A program made the translations under genes and the position numbers. The notes beneath the pieces are model-generated. The model worked only from the letters and a program-made list of their open reading frames with translations. It searched no databases and was not told the DNA's origin. From Gemmatales bacterium (GTDB lineage Bacteria; Planctomycetota; Planctomycetia; Gemmatales; HRBIN36): a stretch of DNA of 64,000 bases. Numbering within the stretch: the first letter of the stretch is position 1; every line of letters begins with the position of its first letter. This document shows positions 29,164-38,502 of this stretch, one piece after another. The stretch spans positions 480,001 to 544,000 of the forward strand of contig JBEPZY010000001.1 of the NCBI GenBank assembly GCA_041640595.1, written 5' to 3'.

Positions 29164-30470
29164 ACGTTACCGTAATTGGAGCAAACCACCGCACCATGCC
29201 GATGGCTTTGCGAGAACGGCTTGCCATTGGCCGGGATCGGCTTCCGAGATTGCTCGCCGATTTGCAGAGCCGATTTGCTGCTGAAGTGGTCGTGCTCAGC
29301 ACGTGCAATCGGGTCGAAATATATCTGGCTGGATTGTCCGACGAATCATTGCCCGATAAGTCTGCGCTGGCAGTGTGGTTCGCCGAATACCTGACGGCTG
29401 GTGGTTCGCCTGCATCTGGCGCCAGCGGAATAGCGCCGGCGGAGCTGCAAACCTATCTTTACCAGCACCAACAGCGCGAGGCAGTGCGACATTTGTTCCG
29501 CGTTGCCTGCGGTCTTGACAGCCTGGTTGTTGGCGAGGATCAGATCGCCAATCAGGTGAAATCGGCATACGAACAGGCACAGCAAGTCGGGACGGTTGGG
29601 CCGGTGTTACACGCGCTGTTCCAGCAGGCGCGCGTCGTCAGCAAGCGAGTACGGCGAGAGACCGGGATTGCCCACGGGAAAATGTCGGTGGCCAGTTTAG
29701 GATTGGACTATTTGCGGCAGGTTTTTGCGAGTTTCCGCGACAAGACGGTTTTGTTGCTCGGTGCCGGTAAGATCGGGGAATTGACGCTGAAGCATTTGCT
29801 GGAATTACGGCCCCGGCGAGTGCTGGTTTGCAACCGTAGCGTTGACAAAGCACTTGCCCTGGCACGCACTTATCGGGGCGAAGTCTGGCCCTGGGAGCAA
29901 CTCGACGAGGCTCTGGTAGAGGCGGACATTGTTTTGAGCTGCACCGGAGCACCCGAGGCGATAGTAACGCGGCCACGGTTTGAGAAAGTGCTGCCGCGTC
30001 GGCTGGGGCGGCATGTGGCCATTCTCGACCTGGCAGTACCGCGTGATTTCGACCCGGCTATCGCCGATCTCGAAGAAGTGGACCTCTTGCTCAACGTGGA
30101 TGACCTCAACCGTATCCGCGACGAGGTGTTGCGCGAACGGCTCAAGCATGTTCCAGCGGCGGAGGCACTGGTGCAAAGCGAAACCGATGCATTTCTCGCC
30201 AGCTGGTCGCGTCGCAGTCTCGGCCCTGCCATCACCAGACTCTGTCAGGAGTGGGAGCGGATTCGCCTGGAGGTGCAGCAACAGTGCCTGAGCCGGCTCA
30301 ACGGCAAGTTAACACCCGAAGACATGGCGATTATCGAGGGAGCTTTTCGCTTGCTGCAGAACAAATATCTTCACGTTCCCCTGAGCGCTCTGCGTGAGGA
30401 AGCGCAACAAGGCGGGCGATTGCTCGAAGCGCTTCTGCGATTGTTTAAGCTGGACCGCGGTTCGGAATGA
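29160..30470 (+). CDS. hemA: Glutamyl-tRNA reductase
   Basis: STCNRVE, HLFRVACGLDSLVVGEDQI, GAGKIG and DLAVPRD motifs. Confidence 0.97.
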   Translation: MNVTVIGANHRTMPMALRERLAIGRDRLPRLLADLQSRFAAEVVVLSTCNRVEIYLAGLSDESLPDKSALAVWFAEYLTAGGSPASGASGIAPAELQTYLYQHQQREAVRHLFRVACGLDSLVVGEDQIANQVKSAYEQAQQVGTVGPVLHALFQQARVVSKRVRRETGIAHGKMSVASLGLDYLRQVFASFRDKTVLLLGAGKIGELTLKHLLELRPRRVLVCNRSVDKALALARTYRGEVWPWEQLDEALVEADIVLSCTGAPEAIVTRPRFEKVLPRRLGRHVAILDLAVPRDFDPAIADLEEVDLLLNVDDLNRIRDEVLRERLKHVPAAEALVQSETDAFLASWSRRSLGPAITRLCQEWERIRLEVQQQCLSRLNGKLTPEDMAIIEGAFRLLQNKYLHVPLSALREEAQQGGRLLEALLRLFKLDRGSE

Positions 30471-30775
30471 ACCGGCACAGTGGCCCACACCGACACCGCG
30501 TCCAAGAATTCAGCAGACAGCGCGGGCACAGTTTGGAACGATAGCACACACCGGAGCGAGTATATCTGTTCTGCGGCAGCCCCAAGCCTGAATTGGGCAT
30601 CTCTGGTGCCGACGAGTTACACGGGGGCGGTAAGGCGAGCCGATGTCTAATTGCGGTGAGGCAGGGGAATTCCGCAGCGGATGAAAGTGCCACTGCGGTC
30701 GGCAGGGAATGCCGACCCTGTCGGGCAAAGCGGCAGATAGTGATACCTGCTCCGCAAGATTCTACAGCTTTCCCT

Positions 30776-30976
30776 GGCGACCCAGGTGGGCGCCGTGGTG
30801 GCAACAGGACTTGCCTGGCCGCTTGACCCTACCCCTGTTCCCCGAGGCGAGGCCGATCCGCGGACCGGATCGGCTTCGTGCTTTAAGGACTACTCCCGTA
30901 GTTGCAAGGATAGCTCCGTTAGTTGCCTGGACTGGCGTGCGATAAGCCTATAACCGGCCTCAACACCGATGCCGCG
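30776..30976 (-). ncRNA. ssrS: Probable 6S RNA
   Basis: ~200-nt intergenic element. 5' GCGGCATCGGTG..GCCG can pair with 3' CGGCGCCCACCTGGGTCGC; contains CCTTAAA and GGGTCAAG segments and a 3' CGGC.CCCACCT resembling known 6S RNAs. Ends approximate. Confidence 0.6.
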
Positions 30977-31116
30977 AAAATTGCCGTTGCCGTTTCCCCA
31001 CTTCCCTGGCTATAAGCGAGCAAGGCCTGGCGCAGATGAATGCTGGTGGTGATACAACATGGTCGGGTATCGCCAGGCAGGCACCTGGTTGGCGCGGGCA
31101 GCTGGAGACAAAGATC

Positions 31117-32079
31117 ATGGCCGAGGACAACCTTGGCAATCAGACTTGCGAAGAGCAGGCCGCACGGCACGTGCCGGTGCTCTTGCAAGCGGTGCTGGAG
31201 TATCTGAATCCCCAACCGGGACAATGCATCGCAGACGTTACCGTTGGTGCTGGAGGCCACGCCGTGGCCATTGCGGAACGAATCGGCCCGAACGGAACAC
31301 TGCTGGCCATTGATCAGGACCCAACCATGCTGGCAATCGCGCAACGGCGGAACTATCCCTGTCGCGTGCTCTGGCGGCATAGCCGGTTCGAACACCTGGA
31401 CGAAATTCTGCGGGAAACAGGCCTGGGCCGACTCGACGGCGTGCTGGCTGATCTGGGATTTGCCAGTGACCAGCTGGCAGACCCTAAGCGTGGTTTCAGT
31501 TTCCAGCAAGATGGCCCTCTGGATATGCGGTTGGATCCGACCTCGAACCGACCCACCGCTGCTGATTTGCTCCAACGCCTGAGCGAACGGGAACTGGCGG
31601 ATATTCTCTGGCGCTACGGGGAGGAACGGTTCAGCCGTCGCATTGCCCGTCGCATTGTGCAGGTGCGGCAACGCCAGCCGTTACGCACCACTTTTCAGCT
31701 AGCTGAACTGGTGCGCTCCTGTGTACCGCGGGGAGCTGGGCGTATCGATCCCGCCACCCGCACTTTTCAAGCTCTGCGCATCGCCGTCAACGACGAACTC
31801 GGAGCGCTGCAACAATTCCTCGCTGTCTTGCCCGATTGCCTTCGCGGTGGCAGACGGGCGGTCATTATCAGCTTCCATTCCCTCGAAGACCGACTGGTGA
31901 AACGGGCCTTCCGCCAAAAAGAGTTGTGGATCGAGCTCACGAAAAAGCCGGTACGCCCGCAAGCGGCAGAAATTCAGGCTAACCCTCGGGCGCGCAGCGC
32001 TCGTTTGCGTGCTGCTCAACGCCTCGGTAACGGTCTGGATCGTAACTGCTCCGACCATTCGGCAGGAGACTCAGAATGA
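31117..32079 (+). CDS. rsmH: 16S rRNA m4C1402 methyltransferase
   Basis: HVPVLL, DVTVGAGGHA, RGFSFQQDGPLDMR, ATRTFQALRIAVNDE, SFHSLEDR and NPRARSA. Confidence 0.97.
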   Translation: MAEDNLGNQTCEEQAARHVPVLLQAVLEYLNPQPGQCIADVTVGAGGHAVAIAERIGPNGTLLAIDQDPTMLAIAQRRNYPCRVLWRHSRFEHLDEILRETGLGRLDGVLADLGFASDQLADPKRGFSFQQDGPLDMRLDPTSNRPTAADLLQRLSERELADILWRYGEERFSRRIARRIVQVRQRQPLRTTFQLAELVRSCVPRGAGRIDPATRTFQALRIAVNDELGALQQFLAVLPDCLRGGRRAVIISFHSLEDRLVKRAFRQKELWIELTKKPVRPQAAEIQANPRARSARLRAAQRLGNGLDRNCSDHSAGDSE

Positions 32080-33662
32080 CACGCGAAACCAAGGTTGGTT
32101 TGAGCATAGCGGCGACGGTCTTTGCAGTCGTCGGCGGCGCACTTGCGTACAAGCTTTATTTTCTCACCCCTGGTACCGGCGGCTTAGCTCAGTCCAGCTC
32201 TGCATCCGTTGCTGAGCCGCAAGTTGTTCCGGCACGTTCGGAATCTTCCAGTGCAGCAACGCATTCTTCCCCGTCGCAACAGGCCTCATCTTTCCAACCT
32301 GAAATCCGCTCCGCCACGGAAAGTCCACCAACTGTTCACGCTGCCGGCGAGGCAAAGCCTCCAACGCCACCGGATAACTTGCCACCAGCTCCGCCGGTCT
32401 TAATCACAGAAAAGCCTCCGGTTTCCCTGGCCGATGCGGAAAAAACTTCTGCGAGTGCAACCGTTCCGGCAAAACCGAGGGATTCTGGCTCACCGCAGAT
32501 GAGCACACCCCCTTCGACCGAGCCGCCCAGCAGTCCGTTCAGCAGTGCACCAGCCAGGCCACCAGAACCGTCGCCGCCAGCCGAGCCTCCAGTTCCGGTT
32601 CCTCCGCCGCCGTCCCCTGTAACCCAAGCCGATGCAGTACCACCGACGCAGAAACCAAACGCTACCGAGGAGAAAACTGGCCCCCAGGAAAAGAGTTTGC
32701 TGCCCGCTCCTCCAGTAGTCGTGACTCCAAACGACGTTTCTTTTGGAAAACCGTCCGCTCCATCAGCCGCCGTACCTCTTCCGGGGAGCCCAGTTGTTCC
32801 GTCGGTGGAAAAAGCGCCTCTGGACAAGCCAATGCAACCGGTGGTTTCGCCTTCGACGGAACCCCGAGCGGTTAATGACATGGCCAAGCCCGCGCCATCC
32901 GCCACGAATCCGCCCAGCCTGAATGTGCCGTCTCCGCCACCCTCGGATGCTTTCGATCGCAGCTACCCAGCACCGCCAGCCTCTTTGGTGGCGTCGCGCG
33001 ACAACCAACCGAAACCGGAAGACGCCATTCCAGTCACCATTCGCCCGCAGACGCAACCGCTAACGCCGCCACCGCCTGATGGCTATCCGGTCAAGATAGT
33101 TCCATCTCCGTCAGGCAAGCCTGTCGAAGTGCTGGATTACGAAGTGCAGCGATACACTGCCGGGCCGGGCGAAACCTGGGACGGGATTAGCCGCAACAAA
33201 TACGGTTCCGAACGCTTCGCGCGAGCCCTGGCGGCATTCAACCGCGATCGGAATCCTGGATTGACAGTACCGTCGCCCGGTGCAACCATTCTTTTGCCGC
33301 CAGCCTACATTTTGCAGCGCCGATATCCGCAACTCATAGAAGCGGCATCGCCAACACCCAGCTACGCAGCCAACGCCACATCCGGGACAAACACGGCTCC
33401 CGGAAGTGCAAATCCTGGTACCGCTGTGTATCCACCCTCGGCACCTGCTCCCGCACCTTCCGGAGCCTACAAACTATACCGCGTGCAACCTAACGATACC
33501 ATCTGGTTGATTGCCAAACGGACGCTGGGAAGTGGCGATCGCTGGCCGGAAATCCTTCGCCTCAACCGCGACGTGCTGCGCGACGTCAATCAGTTGCCGC
33601 CCGGATTGGTTCTGCGCTTACCTCCGGACGCACGTGTGGACGAGAACACGGTCCCGCGATAA
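32076..33662 (+). CDS. Membrane-anchored Pro-rich LysM-domain protein
   Basis: N-terminal TM, ~300-aa P/S/A linker, two LysM-like domains (YTAGPGETWDGIS; YRVQPNDTIWLIAKRTLG). Confidence 0.85.
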   Translation: MTRETKVGLSIAATVFAVVGGALAYKLYFLTPGTGGLAQSSSASVAEPQVVPARSESSSAATHSSPSQQASSFQPEIRSATESPPTVHAAGEAKPPTPPDNLPPAPPVLITEKPPVSLADAEKTSASATVPAKPRDSGSPQMSTPPSTEPPSSPFSSAPARPPEPSPPAEPPVPVPPPPSPVTQADAVPPTQKPNATEEKTGPQEKSLLPAPPVVVTPNDVSFGKPSAPSAAVPLPGSPVVPSVEKAPLDKPMQPVVSPSTEPRAVNDMAKPAPSATNPPSLNVPSPPPSDAFDRSYPAPPASLVASRDNQPKPEDAIPVTIRPQTQPLTPPPPDGYPVKIVPSPSGKPVEVLDYEVQRYTAGPGETWDGISRNKYGSERFARALAAFNRDRNPGLTVPSPGATILLPPAYILQRRYPQLIEAASPTPSYAANATSGTNTAPGSANPGTAVYPPSAPAPAPSGAYKLYRVQPNDTIWLIAKRTLGSGDRWPEILRLNRDVLRDVNQLPPGLVLRLPPDARVDENTVPR

Positions 33663-33674
33663 CATATAGCAACT

Positions 33675-33710
33675 CGCCGGGTGGGTGAATTCGGCCCGGC
33701 GTTATCTTTT
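33675..33710 (+). terminator. Possible intrinsic terminator after the LysM gene
   Basis: CGCCGGGT...GCCCGGCG stem followed by TTATCTTTT. Confidence 0.4.
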
Positions 33711-33796
33711 CGGACTCGTGTGCGTCTATCCAGGTGAGCCAGACGCTCGCCTCGAGACCGGAAACAATCCTCGAAAATTGCGGTACAGGTGCAATC

Positions 33797-33991
33797 ATGG
33801 CCGTTCCGAAGCGACGAACTTCCCGCAGCAAACAGGGTAAGCGGCGCAGCCATCATCACGCCACGCCTATCCAGGTCAACTACTGTCCGCACTGCGGTGA
33901 GCCGGTACTGTCCCATCGGGTATGCCCCAACTGCGGTAAATACCGCGACCGAACCATTATCTCAGGGAAAGAGGAAGAAGAAAACAAGTGA
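33797..33991 (+). CDS. rpmF: 50S ribosomal protein L32
   Basis: MAVPKRRTSRS, CPHC...HRVCPNCG; upstream of plsX. Confidence 0.96.
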   Translation: MAVPKRRTSRSKQGKRRSHHHATPIQVNYCPHCGEPVLSHRVCPNCGKYRDRTIISGKEEEENK

Positions 33992-34110
33992 TCTTCTCGG
34001 CGGCGATGGGGCTTACCGGGACCAGCACCGTGCGGAGAACACCAATTCGAGCCTTCAGTGCACTTTGTCCTGCCAGGAGGTAGGTTGGGGTTGTCATAAG
34101 GGAATCTGCC

Positions 34111-35145
34111 ATGCGTATTGCTGTGGATGCGATGGGTGGAGATTATGCTCCAGGGCCTATTGTCGCTGGGGCAATCGAGGCATTGCGTGCTGACAATTCC
34201 CTGCGCATTATTCTGGTTGGCGAAGAAAATGCAGTTCGCAATGCCCTCCAGCAAGCCGGCTCTCTGAGCCCGCGCGAACAGGAACGGCTGGACATCTTTC
34301 ACTGTTCGCAGGTAATCACCATGGAAGACAGCCCTGTGGCCGGTTTGCGACAAAAACCGGATAGCTCGATCGTCCGCTTATGGCAATTGCTGGCCGAACG
34401 CAAAGTCGAGGCGATCGTTTCAGCAGGAAACACCGGAGCCATGGTCGCTGCTGGTTTGCGGTTGCGGCGATTTCTCCCTCACGTCAGCCGGCCAGGCATT
34501 GCCGCTACCATGCCTACAATGAAAGGCCCGTGTGTGTTGCTGGATGTCGGTGCCAATGTCAGCCCGCGCCCTATGCACCTTTACCAATACGGTGTCATGG
34601 GAGCGATTTATGCCAAGCACGTGCTGAAAAAAGAACGGCCTACCATTGGCTTGATGAACGTGGGCACGGAAGAAGCGAAAGGTCACGAACTGGCCAAAGA
34701 AACCCACGCTCTATTCGATAGCAGCCCGCTGCGCGATCAGTTCATCGGTAACATTGAAGGCCGCGATATTCATCGGGGTGTGGCGGATGTAATCGTCAGT
34801 GATGGTTTTGTCGGCAATGTGGTGTTGAAGTGTTGCGAAGGCGTGTTTGAGTTTATCATGCGGGTAACAGCGGCGGAACTGGCGAAACAGTTGCAGGCAG
34901 AACGCCATCTGGGCCAGCAGGTGATTCAGCAGCTAATCGAGACCTACGACTACAGCTCGCAGGGAGGCGCACCACTGCTGGGTATAGACGGTATTTGCAT
35001 TATTTGCCACGGAGCCAGCGGTGCGAAAGCCATTCGCAATGCCGTGGGTATGGCGGCCCGGTTGGCGGCCGCCGGGCTGAATCAGATTATTGTCCAGGAA
35101 CTGGGAACCAGTCCGTTGATTAGCGCGCCGGCGGAAGCCGGTTAA
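34111..35145 (+). CDS. plsX: Phosphate acyltransferase
   Basis: IAVDAMGGDYAP, SAGNTGA, LDVGAN, GNIEGRD, DGFVGN and GGAPLLG. Confidence 0.97.
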   Translation: MRIAVDAMGGDYAPGPIVAGAIEALRADNSLRIILVGEENAVRNALQQAGSLSPREQERLDIFHCSQVITMEDSPVAGLRQKPDSSIVRLWQLLAERKVEAIVSAGNTGAMVAAGLRLRRFLPHVSRPGIAATMPTMKGPCVLLDVGANVSPRPMHLYQYGVMGAIYAKHVLKKERPTIGLMNVGTEEAKGHELAKETHALFDSSPLRDQFIGNIEGRDIHRGVADVIVSDGFVGNVVLKCCEGVFEFIMRVTAAELAKQLQAERHLGQQVIQQLIETYDYSSQGGAPLLGIDGICIICHGASGAKAIRNAVGMAARLAAAGLNQIIVQELGTSPLISAPAEAG

Positions 35146-35283
35146 CCGCCACGCCATGCGCGATTACGTGTCGTCCGCTGTCGAACGACCATCTCGACCC
35201 CGGCCGATCTGAAAAGCAGCTTCAGCAGAAGCAATCGGACCGTCGGCTCGCCAGCGAAAGAGATGGCAGATTGAGGAGAAATT

Positions 35284-36192
35284 ATGTCGCGAATCGCGTT
35301 TCTCTTTCCCGGTCAGGGCGCCCAGTATGTGGGCATGGGGCAGTCTTTGTTACAGCAGGCACCCGGCACGGCTCAACTGTTTGCGCGGGCTTCGGAAATC
35401 CTCGGCTATGATCTGCTTGAGCTTTGCCTGCATGGCCCAGCAGAACAGCTCAATCGGACGGAAGTCAGTCAACCAGCCATTTATGTGGCGAGTCTGGCTG
35501 CCCTGGAGCATTTCCGCCAGACCCATGCCGAAACGGTAGCGGCTTGCGAAGCTGCTGCGGGTTTAAGTCTGGGAGAATACACGGCTTTGACATTTGCCGG
35601 TGTTGTGGATTTCGAAGACGGTGTGCGGCTGGTGCAACGGCGTGGGCAAGCCATGCAGGCGGCTTCCGACACCACGCCGAGCGGAATGGTAAGCGTGCTC
35701 GGCCTGGCAACCGAGGATGTAGAAAGATTGTGTCAACAGGTGCGTACAGCTGGCCGGATTTGGATCGCTAATTTGCTGGCTCCTGGCAACATTGTGCTCT
35801 CTGGCGAGCGCGCCGCTTGCGATCGACTCGAACAAATCGTCCAGGAACAAGGTCTGGGTAAGACGGTGCGGTTAGCAGTGGCTGGAGCTTTCCACACGGA
35901 AATCATGCAATCGGCGGTGGAAGCGTTGGCGGAAGTGTTAAACGAAATTCCGCTGCGACCGGCCAGAATTCCCGTTTATTCCAACGTGGATGCCCAGCCT
36001 CACACCGACCCTCAGGAAATTCGCCAGCTGCTTTTGCGGCAGCTAGTGCAACCGGTACGCTGGGAGGATACCATGCGACAACTCCTGGCGGAAGGGTTCG
36101 ACCAGTTTTTTGAGATTGGGCCGGGCCGGGTACTAACGGGGTTGCTCAAGCGTATTCACCGCCAGGCCACGTGCACCAATGTCCCGGTTTGA
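35284..36192 (+). CDS. fabD: Malonyl-CoA:ACP transacylase
   Basis: FPGQGAQ, GLSLGEY, AGAFHT and EIGPG motifs. Confidence 0.96.
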   Translation: MSRIAFLFPGQGAQYVGMGQSLLQQAPGTAQLFARASEILGYDLLELCLHGPAEQLNRTEVSQPAIYVASLAALEHFRQTHAETVAACEAAAGLSLGEYTALTFAGVVDFEDGVRLVQRRGQAMQAASDTTPSGMVSVLGLATEDVERLCQQVRTAGRIWIANLLAPGNIVLSGERAACDRLEQIVQEQGLGKTVRLAVAGAFHTEIMQSAVEALAEVLNEIPLRPARIPVYSNVDAQPHTDPQEIRQLLLRQLVQPVRWEDTMRQLLAEGFDQFFEIGPGRVLTGLLKRIHRQATCTNVPV

Positions 36193-36564
36193 GCCATGTT
36201 TGGGCGACGTGACGGCGCGGCCCGTGTAAACTGTTGATGGGGCTCTGTAACGTGTCGCAAACTCTGCCTCAATGCGAAGGCCACAAGGCGAAGAACGGCA
36301 CCATGCGGAAACCGACCACAACCTGCCGTGCCGCGAATTGAATTGCTCCACGGTCGGAACCGATCAATCGGACGAATACATACGGGAAACCCAAGAAGCC
36401 ACCAGAAGCAAGTGCTCGTGTCCGAACTGATTATTCCGACGGATTCATCCGTGGCGGGTGGCTGGCATCGGACCCTCGGAGACCGCATGGAGCAGGAACG
36501 AACTGGTTCAAACGGCGGATGACACCAAGTCGTCGAAACTGGACGTGGCTCTCAGGGTAACGCT

Positions 36565-36738
36565 ATGAACTGGCAAGAAGCAATCGTTTGGACAGTCGTA
36601 GGACTGGCGTGCGTTTTTTTGCTGTGGCGAGCATACCGTGGCTGGCGAGGGCTCGGTAGCGGTTGTGGGAGTTGTTCACTTAGCCGCGAGTTAGCACGTC
36701 AGGGCAAGGTTGGTAGCGACGCACGCCGATTGCGGTAG
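36565..36738 (+). CDS. Small Cys-rich membrane protein (FeoB-associated Cys-rich family-like); not in the ORF track
   Basis: Own translation: MNWQEAIVWTVVGLACVFLLWRAYRGWRGLGSGCGSCSLSRELARQGKVGSDARRLR*; TM helix, basic patch, GCGSC. Confidence 0.7.
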   Translation: MNWQEAIVWTVVGLACVFLLWRAYRGWRGLGSGCGSCSLSRELARQGKVGSDARRLR

Positions 36739-37075
36739 CGGTACGGTTGTGCGTGTACTTCCTCAGCCGAACGAGGCGGAAACAGACGGGAACGCTTTTG
36801 AGCGTTGGTGATGCGGTATAGTCGTGCACATGTTTTTTAGGTAAAGCGACGGCTTGTGTGGCCCAGGCCGAAGTCGGCCTTAATTTCGGTAACCAGTCAA
36901 CGGCGACAGCAGTGTTAGCAGCAATTCAAGCCGCGGCAAAAAGTATCGTGAGACGGTAATTTCGGGCGTTTGCAGGGACAACAATCAGGTTTATTTACAT
37001 AAGTTCTCACCGTATCAAAACTTAGGATGGAACTCATCCGAGGCAGGCGGTTGCAAAATTTTTGTGATTTTCCTC

Positions 37076-37104
37076 TTGACACGATGCTACGGAAAATTCA
37101 TAAT
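37076..37104 (+). promoter_or_regulatory. Sigma70-type promoter
   Basis: TTGACA (37076-37081), 17-bp spacer, CATAAT (37099-37104). Confidence 0.75.
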
Positions 37105-37140
37105 CAACAGTGGTTTGTCCCGGCCTCTTCTCTGTTCCGG

Positions 37141-37185
37141 CCCCGCTGTCAGTCCTGCCACCAGGCTACAGCGGGGTTTTTATTT
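37141..37185 (+). terminator. Intrinsic terminator-like hairpin in the ROK kinase leader
   Basis: CCCCGCTGT (37141-37149) / ACAGCGGGG (37168-37176) perfect 9-bp stem, then TTTTTATTT. Confidence 0.7.
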
Positions 37186-37270
37186 CGGCTTGACGGCTAA
37201 GTTGCCAGTTTTCGCGAGTCGGTCTGGTTCTTATGATCGGAAGTACGCGACAACGTGAGGCGAACGGGCT

Positions 37271-38269
37271 ATGAGTGAGGAATTGCTTTTCGTCGGCGTG
37301 GATGTTGGTGGGCAGACTATCAAGGCTGGTGTGGTCACGGATACGGGCAGGCCGCTCAGCTCCATCAGTGTTCCCACGGAAGCCTGGAAGGGCCAGGAAC
37401 ATGGATTGGGGCAAATGGCTAAGGCAGTGCGGGAGGCCACAAGAGCAGCCCATTTGCAGCTGGAACAAATTGCTGCCATTGGCATTGCCACTCCCGGCAC
37501 GATGGACATTCCTGCCGGAATGATTCTTGATCCGCCGAACCTCAAACCGTGGCGTAATGTGCCGGTGCGTGCTTATATCGAACAGGAGTTTGGCAAGCCG
37601 ACTGCGTTTCAAAATGACGCCAATGCCGCGGCCTATGGCGAGTACTGGCTGGGTGCAGGTCAGGGCGTGCACAGCTTGGTTCTTTTCACCCTCGGTACGG
37701 GCATTGGTTGCGGAATTGTGGTGGGCGGAATGATCATTGAAGGTGAGCATAGCCACGGAGCAGAAGTCGGGCACATCATCATCGAGATGACCCAGCCCCG
37801 ACGCTGCGGCTGTGGAGGATTGGGACACCTGGAGGCTTACGCCAGCGCCACTGCTCTGGCACAGCGAGCCAATGAAGCCCTCGCTACCGGTCAACCTTCC
37901 TCTTTGCAGGCCCGGATTCAAGACAAAGGTCAGCTGACCCCAGAAGACGCGGGAGAGATTTTCCAGGCAGCCAGTGCCGGCGATGCATTGGCGCAACGAC
38001 TGGTGGAAGAAACTGCCTACTACCTGGCTGTCGGCGCGGTCAACATGATGCACACGATAGACCCGGACATGGTAGTGTTCGGTGGCGGCATGACGCGGGC
38101 TGGCCCGGCTTTTCTCGAACGGATCCGTCACCATGTTCGCCAGCTGGCTTTTCCGGTGCCAGCACAGAAAACGCAGATTGTCTATGCTAAACTCGGCAAC
38201 GACGCCGGGTTTATCGGTGCGGCTGGCTGCGCCCGGATGCTTTATCACAAAATCGCCGCAAGCAAGTAA
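37271..38269 (+). CDS. ROK-family sugar kinase (glucokinase-like)
   Basis: GVDVGG, NDANAAAYGE, TLGTGIG, EVGH and CGCGGLGHLEAYAS. Confidence 0.92.
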   Translation: MSEELLFVGVDVGGQTIKAGVVTDTGRPLSSISVPTEAWKGQEHGLGQMAKAVREATRAAHLQLEQIAAIGIATPGTMDIPAGMILDPPNLKPWRNVPVRAYIEQEFGKPTAFQNDANAAAYGEYWLGAGQGVHSLVLFTLGTGIGCGIVVGGMIIEGEHSHGAEVGHIIIEMTQPRRCGCGGLGHLEAYASATALAQRANEALATGQPSSLQARIQDKGQLTPEDAGEIFQAASAGDALAQRLVEETAYYLAVGAVNMMHTIDPDMVVFGGGMTRAGPAFLERIRHHVRQLAFPVPAQKTQIVYAKLGNDAGFIGAAGCARMLYHKIAASK

Positions 38270-38502
38270 ATGCCCTCGCCCTCGCCGATGACCAAAGTAA
38301 CTGACCGAAGGCCAGCCGAACAGGCATTTGCTTCTTTTTTTGCTTACCGGTCAGGAAAGCATTTTTCTCGTTAGCCGCCATTGGCAAGTGAGTCAGGGCG
38401 CAAAACAAGAAACGCGGCTATGTACCATGCCGGAGACAACATAGGGACTCGCCGCAAATCACCGCGGGATAGCCAAGAATAACAGAGCTGGGGACCAGCG
38501 GA

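Noticed and set aside
30990..31060. MraZ-binding repeats upstream of rsmH
   Set aside because: Only isolated GTGG-like words without regular spacing, and no mraZ in the window
36193..36564. Short ORFs or a riboswitch after fabD
   Set aside because: No RBS-supported ORF with recognisable features and no aptamer consensus I can identify
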